Assembly: GCA_965221775.1 (NCBI GenBank)
Contig: CBDCSU010000004.1
Coordinates: 416,001 to 480,000 of the forward strand
DNA from: Candidatus Latescibacterota bacterium
Lineage (GTDB): Bacteria > Latescibacterota > UBA2968 > UBA8231
DNA length: 64,000 bases
Reading direction: 5' to 3'
Part shown: positions 1-8,712 of the stretch, piece by piece
Position numbering within the stretch: position 1 is the first letter of the stretch
How the letters are laid out: each line of letters opens with the position of its first letter
Made by a program: the position numbers and the translations under genes
Notes under the pieces: model-generated
What the model saw: only the letters and a program-made list of their open reading frames with translations
Databases searched by the model: none
Told to the model about the DNA's origin: nothing

Positions 1-1118
1 ACCCTTTCGGCCAGGGGCTTCATGTCCATGAACCACTGCTCCATGGGCAGCGGCTCGATCGCCGTCCCGCACTTGTCATGGTGGGGCACGGCGTGCTCGT
101 AGTCCTCCGTGGTCACCAGCAGGCCCGCCGACTCCAGGGCGGCCACCACGTTCTTGCGGCACTCGTACCGGTCCTGGCCGGCGTAGGGACCCGCCCGTGA
201 GGTCATCACCGCGTCGAAGTCGATGACGGGGATCTGCTCCAGTCCGTGGCGGGCGCCGATCTCGTAGTCGTTCGGGTCGTGGGCCGGCGTCACCTTCACC
301 GCCCCCGAGCCCATCTCCGGGTCCGCATGGTCGTCGGCCACGATGGGGATCGGCCGGTCCATGAGGGGCAGCATCACCTGCCCCCCGACGGCGGCCTTCC
401 AGCGCTCGTCGCCGGGATGGACGGCGACGCCCGTGTCCCCGAGCATGGTCTCGGGGCGGGTGGTGGCCACAACCACGTCGGGGCCGCCGTCGAGGCCGGG
501 ATAGCGGATGTGCCAGAGCCGCCCCTGGGTCAGGATCTCCTCGGTCTCCAGGTCGGAGATGACGCTGCCGCACCTGGGACACCAGTTGATCATCCGGGTG
601 CCGCGGTAGATCCAGCCCTTCTCGTGAAACCTCTGAAAAGCCTTGAGGACGGCGGCGATGTAGCCGTCGTCCAGGGTGAAGCGGCTGCGCTCCCAGTCGT
701 AGCTGCAGCCCAGCTTGCGCATCTGGTCGTAGATCGCTTCACCGTAGGTCTCGCGCCAGGCCCGGATGCGCTCCACCAGGCCCTCCCGCCCGAGGTCGTG
801 GCGGGTACGGCCCTCCTCCTGGTGCAGCTGCTCCTCCACCTTCATCTGCGTGGCGATCCCGGCGTGGTCGGTGCCCGGCAGCACCAGCGCCTCGTACCCC
901 TGCATGCGCTTGCGGCGGATGACGTTGTCGTGGATCGCGTGCTGCACGGCGTGGCCCATGTGCAGCTCGCCGGTGACGTTCGGCGGCGGGATGGTGATGC
1001 ACCAGGGGGTGCGGTCCGGGTTCGGACGGGCGCGGAACCAGCCCGCCGACTCCCAGCGCCCGTACCAGCTCCGCTCGCAGCGCTCGGGGTCGTATCGCTT
1101 GGGCAGTTCGCCGGTCAT
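1..1118 (-). CDS. valS: Valine--tRNA ligase, 5' part (runs off the window start)
   Basis: Not in the ORF track. Manual translation from ATG 1118: MTGELPKRYDP...ITIPPPNVTGELHMGHA...PGTDHAGIATQ...ATTRPETMLGD, the ValRS HIGH-region signature. Confidence 0.96.
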   Translation of the reverse strand, partial: MTGELPKRYDPERCERSWYGRWESAGWFRARPNPDRTPWCITIPPPNVTGELHMGHAVQHAIHDNVIRRKRMQGYEALVLPGTDHAGIATQMKVEEQLHQEEGRTRHDLGREGLVERIRAWRETYGEAIYDQMRKLGCSYDWERSRFTLDDGYIAAVLKAFQRFHEKGWIYRGTRMINWCPRCGSVISDLETEEILTQGRLWHIRYPGLDGGPDVVVATTRPETMLGDTGVAVHPGDERWKAAVGGQVMLPLMDRPIPIVADDHADPEMGSGAVKVTPAHDPNDYEIGARHGLEQIPVIDFDAVMTSRAGPYAGQDRYECRKNVVAALESAGLLVTTEDYEHAVPHHDKCGTAIEPLPMEQWFMDMKPLAER

Positions 1119-1175
1119 TCGATCTCGGAGGATGACTTCGTTGAATGCTGTAACCGCGTGTCGGATAAGCAGTTC

Positions 1176-1204
1176 AATATAGGAGGGAAGGGTGCTTCAG
1201 ACAA
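1176..1204 (-). promoter_or_regulatory. Putative sigma70 promoter of valS
   Basis: TTGTCT (1204-1199), 17 bp, TATATT (1181-1176) in an AT-richer intergenic region. Confidence 0.6.
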
Positions 1205-1241
1205 TCCTCCGGAGCCCTGGAGAGGGCTTCCGGACCCGGCT

Positions 1242-1270
1242 TTGCGGACCCCGAGAGGGGCTTCTATACT
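1242..1270 (+). promoter_or_regulatory. Putative sigma70 promoter of the murQ operon, divergent from valS
   Basis: TTGCGG (1242-1247), 17 bp, TATACT (1265-1270). Confidence 0.6.
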
Positions 1271-1327
1271 TGCCCCGCCGATGCCGTGTCTCCCGGCCCT
1301 TCCCAGCAGAGTCGAAGCCGAGAACGG

Positions 1328-2236
1328 ATGACGGACTGGTCTTCCCTGTCGACGGAACAGCGCAATCCGGCCAGCGCGGAAATCGACGAGTTGGGAAGCC
1401 TCGACCTCGTACGTCTGATCAACCAGGAGGACTCGCACGTGCCTGCGGCGGTCGGCCGGGTGGCGCCCGAGCTGGCGGCGGCCGTCGACCGGGTGGTCGA
1501 GGCGGTCCGGGCCGGGGGCCGCCTGCTCTACGCCGGCGCCGGGACCAGCGGGCGGCTGGGGATCCTCGACGCCTCGGAATGTCCGCCCACGTTCGGCACC
1601 GACCCCGACCTGGTGCAGGGCCTGATCGCAGGGGGCGAGGGCGCCGTGTTCCGCGCCGTGGAGGGGGCCGAGGACAACCCTCGGGGCGCCGTGCCGGACC
1701 TCGAGGCCCGCGGCCTGCGCCCGCCGGACATCGTCGCCGGCATCGCCGCCAGCGGCGTCACCCCCTGGGTCCTGGGCGCCCTGGACCACGCCCGTTCCCT
1801 GGGTTGCAGGACGATCCTGGTCTCGTGCAGCCCATCGGCCGCCGCCGCGGTGGAGGCGGACGTGAAGATCGTGCCCGAAGTCGGCCCCGAGGTCGTCACC
1901 GGGTCCACCCGCCTCAAGGCGGGCACGGCGACCAAGCTGGTCCTCAACACCTTGACCACCGCGGCCATGGTCCGTCTGGGCAAGACCTTCGGCAACCTCA
2001 TGGTCGATCTGCGGCCGACGAACGCGAAGTTGCGGGACCGCAGCTGCCGGATCCTGGCGGCCCTGACGGGGATCGACCCGCCGGCGGCTCACCGCCAGTT
2101 GGAGACCACCGGCTGGGACCTGAAGCTGGCCCTGGTGATGGAGACCTGCGGAGTCGACGCCGCCCGGGCCCGCGGGCTGCTCGAGGCCAGCGGCGGGCAC
2201 GTGAAAGGCGCCGTCGCCGGCGCCGGAGGCCGATGA
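1328..2236 (+). CDS. murQ: N-acetylmuramic acid 6-phosphate etherase
   Basis: TEQRN, GAGTSGRLGILDASECPPTF, GPEVVTGSTRLKAGTATKLVLN, GNLMVD motifs. Confidence 0.96.
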   Translation: MTDWSSLSTEQRNPASAEIDELGSLDLVRLINQEDSHVPAAVGRVAPELAAAVDRVVEAVRAGGRLLYAGAGTSGRLGILDASECPPTFGTDPDLVQGLIAGGEGAVFRAVEGAEDNPRGAVPDLEARGLRPPDIVAGIAASGVTPWVLGALDHARSLGCRTILVSCSPSAAAAVEADVKIVPEVGPEVVTGSTRLKAGTATKLVLNTLTTAAMVRLGKTFGNLMVDLRPTNAKLRDRSCRILAALTGIDPPAAHRQLETTGWDLKLALVMETCGVDAARARGLLEASGGHVKGAVAGAGGR

Positions 2237-3205
2237 ATGCAGACCCGCACCCTCGGCTCGACGGACCTGCGCGTCTCCGCCCTGGGCCTGGGCACGGTCG
2301 AGCTGGGTATCCCCTACGGGATCGGCAGACCGCCGCCCCCGGACGACCGCCTCTGCCTGCGGCTGCTGCACCGGGCGCGCGACCAGGGCGTGACCTACAT
2401 CGACACCGCCCCGGCCTACGGACGCAGCGAGGAACTCGTGGGCCGCGCTTTCCCCGGTGGCCGGGATGTCGTCGTGGCCACCAAGGTCTCCCTCCGGGAC
2501 GACTCCGGAGCCCTCCTGGCGCCGCAGCTTCTGTCCCGGGCCATCGGCGACTCCGTCGACCGCAGCCGCCGCAGACTCTCGGTGGAAACCCTCGACCTGC
2601 TGCAGGTCCACAACCTCGGCGAAGGCGAGCTGAGCGAGGCGTTGCTGGCGGCCATGGCCGCGCAGGTCGAGGCGGGACGCGTGCGCCACTGGGGTGTGTC
2701 CACCTACGGCCGGCTGGCGCCCCGGGAAGCGCTGCGTCACAGACGGTCCATCGACGCGCTGCAGGTGGCCTACAGCATCCTCGACCGCACCCTCGAGGAG
2801 GAGATCCTGCCCCGCTGCCGCGAACAGGACGTGGGCCTCGTGGTGCGCTCCGTCTTCCTGCAGGGCGTGCTCTCGGCGCGGCGGCGCGACCTCGGCCCCC
2901 GCCTGGAGCCGCTGCGGAGGGCCGCCGACGCCGCGGGCCGGGTCGCCGACGGCCTCGGGATCGGCCTGCCCGGTCTCGCCTTGCGCTTCGCCTTGCACGA
3001 GTCCCGCGCCCACGTGACGCTCGTCGGCACGGCTCACCCGGATGAGCTCGACGCCAACCTGCGCGCCCTCGAGGCAGGCCCTCTCCCCTCCGACACGGTG
3101 GCCCAGCTGCGCCGGATTCACGTCGAGGACGAGAGTCTGCTCAACCCTGGAACCTGGAACCCCCTCCCGGAAGGCCCGAACCAATGCCGGATACATCCCC
3201 GTTGA
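2237..3205 (+). CDS. Aldo/keto reductase
   Basis: LGxTDLRVSALGLGT, IDTAPAYGRSE, VATK, LDLLQVH motifs; starts immediately after the murQ stop. Confidence 0.92.
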   Translation: MQTRTLGSTDLRVSALGLGTVELGIPYGIGRPPPPDDRLCLRLLHRARDQGVTYIDTAPAYGRSEELVGRAFPGGRDVVVATKVSLRDDSGALLAPQLLSRAIGDSVDRSRRRLSVETLDLLQVHNLGEGELSEALLAAMAAQVEAGRVRHWGVSTYGRLAPREALRHRRSIDALQVAYSILDRTLEEEILPRCREQDVGLVVRSVFLQGVLSARRRDLGPRLEPLRRAADAAGRVADGLGIGLPGLALRFALHESRAHVTLVGTAHPDELDANLRALEAGPLPSDTVAQLRRIHVEDESLLNPGTWNPLPEGPNQCRIHPR

Positions 3206-4287
3206 TCGGTGTGGCGGTGGACGAGCTCGATACGCCCGCCCTGCTCGTAGACCTGGACCGCTTCGAAGCCAACGTCGCCCACCTGGCCGGGTACTGCCGG
3301 GACCACGGTGTCGCCTGGCGCCCCCACAGCAAGTGCCACAAGAGCCCGGAGATCGCCGCCATCGAGCGCGCCGCCGGCGCCGTCGGGGTCACCTGCGCCA
3401 AGCTCAGCGAGGCCCAGATCATGGTCGACCACGGGATCGACGACGTCCTGCTGGCCAACCAGGTGATCTCCCATTCCAAGCTGCGCAGGCTCTCCCGGCT
3501 CCAGGAACGGGCCCGGGTGATCGGCATCGTCGACGCCGAGGAGGCGGTGCGCGCCGCCTCGGCTGCCGGCGTCGAGGCGGGCCTGCCGATTCCGCTGCTC
3601 GTCGACGTCGACATCGGCATGCACCGCACCGGCGTCCCCCCGGAGGCGGTGCTGCCCCTGGCGCGCAGCATCGCCGAGGCGCCCGGCACCCGGCTCCTCG
3701 GCGTAATGGGCTACGAGGGCCACGTCCTCAGTGAGCATCCCCCCGAGGTCAAGGAACGGGCCTGTCACGAGGCCCTCGCCCATCTCGGGCGGGCCCGGGA
3801 CGGGCTTCTGGCCGACGGCCTCCCCTGTGAGATCGTCTCGGCGGGAGGCACCGGGTCGTACGCCCTCACCGCCGCCTGGGAAGGGGTCACGGAGATCCAG
3901 GCCGGAGGCGGGATCTTCATGGACGCCATGTACCGCGAGAAGTGTCACGTCGGCGAGGAGCTCGGTTACGCCCTGACCGTGCTGGCCGGCGTGACCGGCC
4001 GCCACGACGGCCACATCGTCCTCGACTCGGGGTTCAAGACCCTGTCGGCCTTCCATTACCCGCCCCGGGCCCTGGGCCGCGACGACCTCGAGTTCCGCTA
4101 CCTCTCCGCCGAGCACGGCGTCTTCGACATCCGCCCGGGCCATGCCGGCCCCGCCCTCGGAGAGCGCATCCACCTGCTTCCCGGGTACGGCGACTCGACG
4201 ACCGTCCTCCACGACGCCTTTCTCGGGGTTCGCCAGGGGCGCGTCGAGTGCCAGTGGGACATCCTCGGCCGGGGAGCCCTGACCTGA
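3184..4287 (+). CDS. Fold-type III PLP enzyme, DSD1/D-threonine aldolase family
   Basis: LDTPALLVDLD, RPHSKCHK (PLP Lys), GMHRTGV, MGYEGH, SAGGTG, SAEHG. Confidence 0.9.
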   Translation: MPDTSPLIGVAVDELDTPALLVDLDRFEANVAHLAGYCRDHGVAWRPHSKCHKSPEIAAIERAAGAVGVTCAKLSEAQIMVDHGIDDVLLANQVISHSKLRRLSRLQERARVIGIVDAEEAVRAASAAGVEAGLPIPLLVDVDIGMHRTGVPPEAVLPLARSIAEAPGTRLLGVMGYEGHVLSEHPPEVKERACHEALAHLGRARDGLLADGLPCEIVSAGGTGSYALTAAWEGVTEIQAGGGIFMDAMYREKCHVGEELGYALTVLAGVTGRHDGHIVLDSGFKTLSAFHYPPRALGRDDLEFRYLSAEHGVFDIRPGHAGPALGERIHLLPGYGDSTTVLHDAFLGVRQGRVECQWDILGRGALT

Positions 4288-4294
4288 CGGCCTC

Positions 4295-5476
4295 GTGAAC
4301 CTGCTCCTGGTCTCGGTCGACAGCCTGCGCCTCGATCACGCGGCGAGGGCCTCCGGGGCCCGGGTGCGGACGCCGCGCTTCGACGCGCTCACACGCGGCT
4401 TCGCCTTCACCGAGTCCTGCTTCTCCGTCTCCTCCGCCACCCGTCCCGTCCACGCCACCCTGGTGACGGGCCTCTACCCCTTCGAGCACGGAGTGCAGGG
4501 CCAGCACGACCAGCGCCTGCGCCCGGGCGCACCCCGGCTCTTCTCCCGCCTCCGGGAGGCCGGCTGCCGCGTCGGCTTGTTCTCGGAGGCGGCCTCGATC
4601 TTCCACGGCCTCGATTTCGGCGCCCCCGTCCTGGACCTCGACCTGCGGCCGGGGGCCGGTCTCGCGCGCCTGCGCGCCTGGCTGGCGGAGTCGGCGGCCG
4701 CTTCGCGGCGCTGCCTCTTCGTCCACTACTGGAGCACCCACACCCCCTACGGGGCCGCCGACGGTCTGGCCATGGGAGAGACCCTGCGGCTCCTGCGCGG
4801 CGGACGGCTCGAGGTCGTCCGGGACCGCTACCGGGCGGCGGTGGAGAGCCTCTTCGAGGGAGGCATCGCGCCCCTCCTGGAGGAGATCGACCTCGGCGCC
4901 TGGTCGGTCGTGATCTTCGGCGACCACGGGGAGAGCTGGACCCCGGAGGAGCCGTACCACGGCAAGACCCTGCGCAACTCCGTCCTGAGGGTGCCCCTGT
5001 GGATGCACGTCCCCGGCGGCGGCGGCGGGATCGGGGCGGACGGGGAGGTGGTCAGTCTGATCGACTTGCACGAGACCGTGGGGGCCATCTGCGGACTGGA
5101 GGGGGCAGAGCCCGGCTTCGGGCGAGACCTGACCCACTCCTCCGGGGGGGGCCGGTACTGCCTGGCCGAGGTCCGTCCGGGGGGCGACGACGATGCGGCG
5201 CAAGGCCCGGAGCACTCGAAGACCGGCCTCCGCTGGTGCGTCCTGGACCACCGCCACAAACTCCTCGGCGGGGAGAATGGCTGGGAGCTGGTCGACACCT
5301 GGTCGGAGCTTCCGGCCTCCGGCGAGGCCGTATCCGACCTCGCCGAGTCCTACCGGAGGGCCAGGCTGGAGATGCGCCGGAGATCCAGGTGGGGCGAGAG
5401 CGCGGAGCCGGTCTCGGACGTGGACGGGGGCGCGGAACTGCGCCGAAGGCTCCGGGCCCTCGGCTACCTGGACTAG
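4295..5476 (+). CDS. Sulfatase-like hydrolase/transferase (alkaline phosphatase superfamily)
   Basis: NLLLVSVDSLRLDH, TRPVHATLVTG, HYWSTHTPY, FGDHGE, VPL and C-terminal LRALGY motif. Confidence 0.85.
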   Translation: MNLLLVSVDSLRLDHAARASGARVRTPRFDALTRGFAFTESCFSVSSATRPVHATLVTGLYPFEHGVQGQHDQRLRPGAPRLFSRLREAGCRVGLFSEAASIFHGLDFGAPVLDLDLRPGAGLARLRAWLAESAAASRRCLFVHYWSTHTPYGAADGLAMGETLRLLRGGRLEVVRDRYRAAVESLFEGGIAPLLEEIDLGAWSVVIFGDHGESWTPEEPYHGKTLRNSVLRVPLWMHVPGGGGGIGADGEVVSLIDLHETVGAICGLEGAEPGFGRDLTHSSGGGRYCLAEVRPGGDDDAAQGPEHSKTGLRWCVLDHRHKLLGGENGWELVDTWSELPASGEAVSDLAESYRRARLEMRRRSRWGESAEPVSDVDGGAELRRRLRALGYLD

Positions 5477-5913
5477 GAACCGCCTCCGGATTCCGGATGT
5501 TCCGGAGCGCCCGGCCCCCGGCGCATCAGGGACGACTTGTAGCGCTCGGGCTCGAAGGCCTCGAGAGTGACGATGCGGCACCCCGGAAAAGACTGGGCGA
5601 GCCCCGGCGGGGCCTTCTGGTCGTAGCCCAGGGCGATCACCCCGGGGCCGATGTCGGCCACCACCCGCAGGAAATCGGAGCCGGGATACCCGAGACGAGC
5701 GTCGTCCACGGCCTCGTGCTCCGAGATCCGCCGCAGGCGTTCGTCCTCCCCCTGGTCCGGCCCCTTGCCCTTGATGCGCAGGACATTGGCGTCCCTCGCC
5801 ACGACCACGAACAGCTCGTCCCCGAGATGGGCGGCCTGCCGGAGGAAGGAGTCGTGGCCCGGGTGGAAGTGGTCGAAGGTGCCGCAGCACATGACCCGCC
5901 GCCCCGCCCCCAC
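5473..5913 (-). CDS. Cytidylyltransferase-family nucleotidyltransferase, resembling archaeal-type FAD synthase (RibL)
   Basis: GTFDHFHPGH (HxGH), GDELFVVVARD, IALGYDQ, YKSS. Confidence 0.8.
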   Translation of the reverse strand: MGAGRRVMCCGTFDHFHPGHDSFLRQAAHLGDELFVVVARDANVLRIKGKGPDQGEDERLRRISEHEAVDDARLGYPGSDFLRVVADIGPGVIALGYDQKAPPGLAQSFPGCRIVTLEAFEPERYKSSLMRRGPGAPEHPESGGGS

Positions 5914-6431
5914 TAGCGGCCCTCCCTCTCCTTCGATCGGCGGTCCACCCAGAACTGTCCGCCCTGCTCGCGGCTGAAGCGCTGTCCGAAGCTGTCGGCC
6001 TCCTCGCGGCGGGCGAAGTAGCCGATGCGCAGGCGGACCCCCTGGTCGGAGGGCAGGAGATAGGCCGGGTAGTCGAGGGCCTTGAGCTGCCGGAGCCGCT
6101 CACGGGCCCGGGAGGGGTCTGCAAACATCCCGATCTGCACCGTGTACTCCCCGTCGGGAGCGAAGGCCACCCCATCCTTGGCGGCGGCCGGGGCGGCCGG
6201 GGCCTCGACGGGCTCTTCCCGGGCTTCCTCGACCTTCGGCGGAGGGCCCGACAGGTCGGCGGTGCGGACCTGCTGACTGTCCTTCACGACGTAGACGATC
6301 TCGGTGCGCGTCCCCGGCTCCTCCCCGCCGGGGTCGGAGCCGCCTCCGGCGCATGCGCACAGAGCCAGGGACAACGCCAGGGAGGCCTGGGCGGGAACGG
6401 CGAGCCGGGAGGATGGACGGGGCTGTCTCAT
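5913..6431 (-). CDS. SPOR-domain lipoprotein
   Basis: Lipobox LCAC; C-terminal YTVQIGMF...A...L...RLRIGYF..REEA SPOR pattern. Confidence 0.85.
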   Translation of the reverse strand: MRQPRPSSRLAVPAQASLALSLALCACAGGGSDPGGEEPGTRTEIVYVVKDSQQVRTADLSGPPPKVEEAREEPVEAPAAPAAAKDGVAFAPDGEYTVQIGMFADPSRARERLRQLKALDYPAYLLPSDQGVRLRIGYFARREEADSFGQRFSREQGGQFWVDRRSKEREGR

Positions 6432-6435
6432 GGTC

Positions 6436-7434
6436 TCACATCTTCAGGACGCTCTTGGAGCCCGGGACCGCCCCCTCGAGCCGTTCGAGGAGGAACAACC
6501 CCCATTTCTTGCGATTCACATGGTACGGCAAGGAGGCGAGGGCTTCCAGCGGCAGGCCGGAACGGCGCAGCCGCGTCCCCAACTCCGGACCCGGCGGGGC
6601 CAGCATGGCCACGAGCCCTCCCGGGGCGACGACCCGGGAGGGCTCGGCCATCTGCTCCTCCAGGCCGTCCGCCCCGGCCCGAGGGACCACGAGGGCCGCC
6701 GCGGCGGTCTCGTCGGCCACCGGCAGGCGCCGGCCGTCGGCGCCCAGAGCGAGGCCGCTGCCGTCCCCTCGGCCGACCCAGGCTCCCGCCCTCCCCTTGT
6801 GGGGGACCGCCACGAGGAGATCCCGGTCATCGAGGTCGAGAAGCCGCGCCACGGAGCTGGCCGCAGGCCCGGGCCAGCCCTCCCGGCGGGGATCTCCCCC
6901 GGGCCGTCCGGGACCCAGCTGCACGGAGACCAGGGCGCGCCGGCGCCTCACCTGCAGGCTCAGCCGCATCGGCGAGCCGCTCCCGGTGCCGGGCTGCAGC
7001 CCGAGCTCGGACCTCAGGAGCGCCTCAGCCCCGGCGCGCAGCTCCCCGGTCTCGAAGCGGTGGTTCCCGCGAAGGCTGACCTCCAGGTGGAACCGGCGCC
7101 CGTCGACGCCCGGGTCGCAGGCGCGGGCGATGCGCTGCACGCTCTCCAGCGGCAGCTGACGGAGGCATCTCAGGACCCGCTCCAGGCCGGGACCGCCCAC
7201 GGTGACATCGTGGGCCTGCGCGGCGATCGCCTGCAGGCGGGTGGGACACCGCAACTCGAGGAGCCGGCGGGGACTGGCGCGGTAGCGGAAGAACACCCGG
7301 CCCACTGCGCCTCGCTCGGGGCGCACGGCGGACGCCGCGGAGCCCAGGCGGACCCGCATCTCCTCGACGGCGACCTCCTCGAGGCCGCCGATGCAGGTGA
7401 TGACGAACTCCGTCAGACTCGCGGGGGCGGACAT
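6436..7434 (-). CDS. THUMP-domain protein with a degenerate methyltransferase-like C-terminal domain
   Basis: N-terminal FVITCIGGLEEVAVEEM, RFHLEVSLRGNHRF THUMP-like segment; C-terminal ADGRRLP...RVVAPGG Rossmann remnants. Confidence 0.7.
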   Translation of the reverse strand: MSAPASLTEFVITCIGGLEEVAVEEMRVRLGSAASAVRPERGAVGRVFFRYRASPRRLLELRCPTRLQAIAAQAHDVTVGGPGLERVLRCLRQLPLESVQRIARACDPGVDGRRFHLEVSLRGNHRFETGELRAGAEALLRSELGLQPGTGSGSPMRLSLQVRRRRALVSVQLGPGRPGGDPRREGWPGPAASSVARLLDLDDRDLLVAVPHKGRAGAWVGRGDGSGLALGADGRRLPVADETAAAALVVPRAGADGLEEQMAEPSRVVAPGGLVAMLAPPGPELGTRLRRSGLPLEALASLPYHVNRKKWGLFLLERLEGAVPGSKSVLKM

Positions 7435-7440
7435 GCCGGC

Positions 7441-8712
7441 TCAGCCCATGGGGAGGACGGTGGCGGTGGCCGGGCCGTCCGGCGTCAGGCACTCGGCGGC
7501 GCAGGCCGCTACCTCCCCCGCGTCCAGGGCGCCGCCGCCGAGATGGAGGTCCACGAGATCGAAGGGATGGCAGCCGCGGCCCACGGCGCACTCGACGAGG
7601 TCGGCGCACTCCTCCGCGTCCTCCCACCGGCAGACCATCTCGCCGAAGACCCGGCGCCGGGCCCGCTCGAAGCCCTCCTCGATCCACCCTTGCCGCAGGC
7701 CCGTCTCCAGCACCTCGACGATGGCGTGGCGCAGCTGCCCGGGGCGGTCCGTGTCTCCCCCGAGCAGGCAGAAGCCGTACAGCCCGTCGAGGTGAACCTC
7801 GCCGCCGAAGCTCTCACCGTCGACCAGACCGGACTCGTACGCCTCCTCGAAGAAGCGGCTCGAGGCGCCGAAGAGGATGTCGAGGGCCACCTCCAGGCTC
7901 AGCTCGCGCCGCAGCAACTCCGGCCCTGCAGCCGGGACCGGATCCGGGAACAGCAGCAAGTGTCGGGCCTTGGCCACGGCTCTGCGGACCTCGGCGTCCT
8001 GCGGCCTCGCTTCGATCCTCGGTCCGCGGCCCCCACCGGCGGCAGCCGCCGGCCACGCCTCCAGCAGCTCCACGCCGCGCCGGCAGACGGCGTCCCCCGC
8101 CGCGGCGCCGCAGACGATCAGCTGCAAGGCGCCCGGGTGGTAGTACTGCTGGTGGCATCGGCTCAGCACCCCGGCGTCGATCCGGCGCAGGCTTTCCGAG
8201 GTTCCGGCGATGTCCACGGCGATCCTGTGTTCGCCGTACAGGGCGCGCAGGGCGGTCTGGAAGGCCACCCACTCGACGCTGTCATCGAAGAGCTGGATCT
8301 CGCGGGCGATGATCTCTCGTTCCCGCTCGATCCCTGCCTCGGGGAAGTGGCCCCGACCGGCGAGCTCGAAGAGCAGGGGCAGGCAGTCCTCGAAGGCTCC
8401 GGCGCTGGAGGTGAAGGAGAAAGAGGTGCCGGTGAGCCCGGTCTGGGCGTCGACGTCGGCTCCCAGACGGGTGAAGCGGTCGGTGATGTCCCCCTCGGGC
8501 TTCTCGAAGAGCCGGTGCTCCAGGAAGTGGGCGGTGCCCTCCGGAAGGGCCGGTCCTCCGGGGGCTCCGGCGTCGATGGAACCGAAGTCGACCAGGAGGA
8601 CCGCGTGACAGCGGCGGCCCGGCCCGGGCACGGCCCACACCCTTCCGCCGCCCGGGGCGGCGGCGGTCCATACCTCCTCGCGCAGCAGGGGATGCCTTCT
8701 CCGGTTCACCAC
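7441..8712 (-). CDS. M16 family zinc metallopeptidase, active subunit (YmfH-like)
   Basis: FGSID...PEGTAHFLEHRLFE (HxxEH), IEREREIIAREI, DIAGTSES, YYHP. Confidence 0.9.
   Translation of the reverse strand: MVNRRRHPLLREEVWTAAAPGGGRVWAVPGPGRRCHAVLLVDFGSIDAGAPGGPALPEGTAHFLEHRLFEKPEGDITDRFTRLGADVDAQTGLTGTSFSFTSSAGAFEDCLPLLFELAGRGHFPEAGIEREREIIAREIQLFDDSVEWVAFQTALRALYGEHRIAVDIAGTSESLRRIDAGVLSRCHQQYYHPGALQLIVCGAAAGDAVCRRGVELLEAWPAAAAGGGRGPRIEARPQDAEVRRAVAKARHLLLFPDPVPAAGPELLRRELSLEVALDILFGASSRFFEEAYESGLVDGESFGGEVHLDGLYGFCLLGGDTDRPGQLRHAIVEVLETGLRQGWIEEGFERARRRVFGEMVCRWEDAEECADLVECAVGRGCHPFDLVDLHLGGGALDAGEVAACAAECLTPDGPATATVLPMG

Noticed and set aside
1119-1175. T-box or attenuator upstream of valS (and of trpB)
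   Set aside because: Leaders are too short and show no T-box motif or Trp-rich leader peptide
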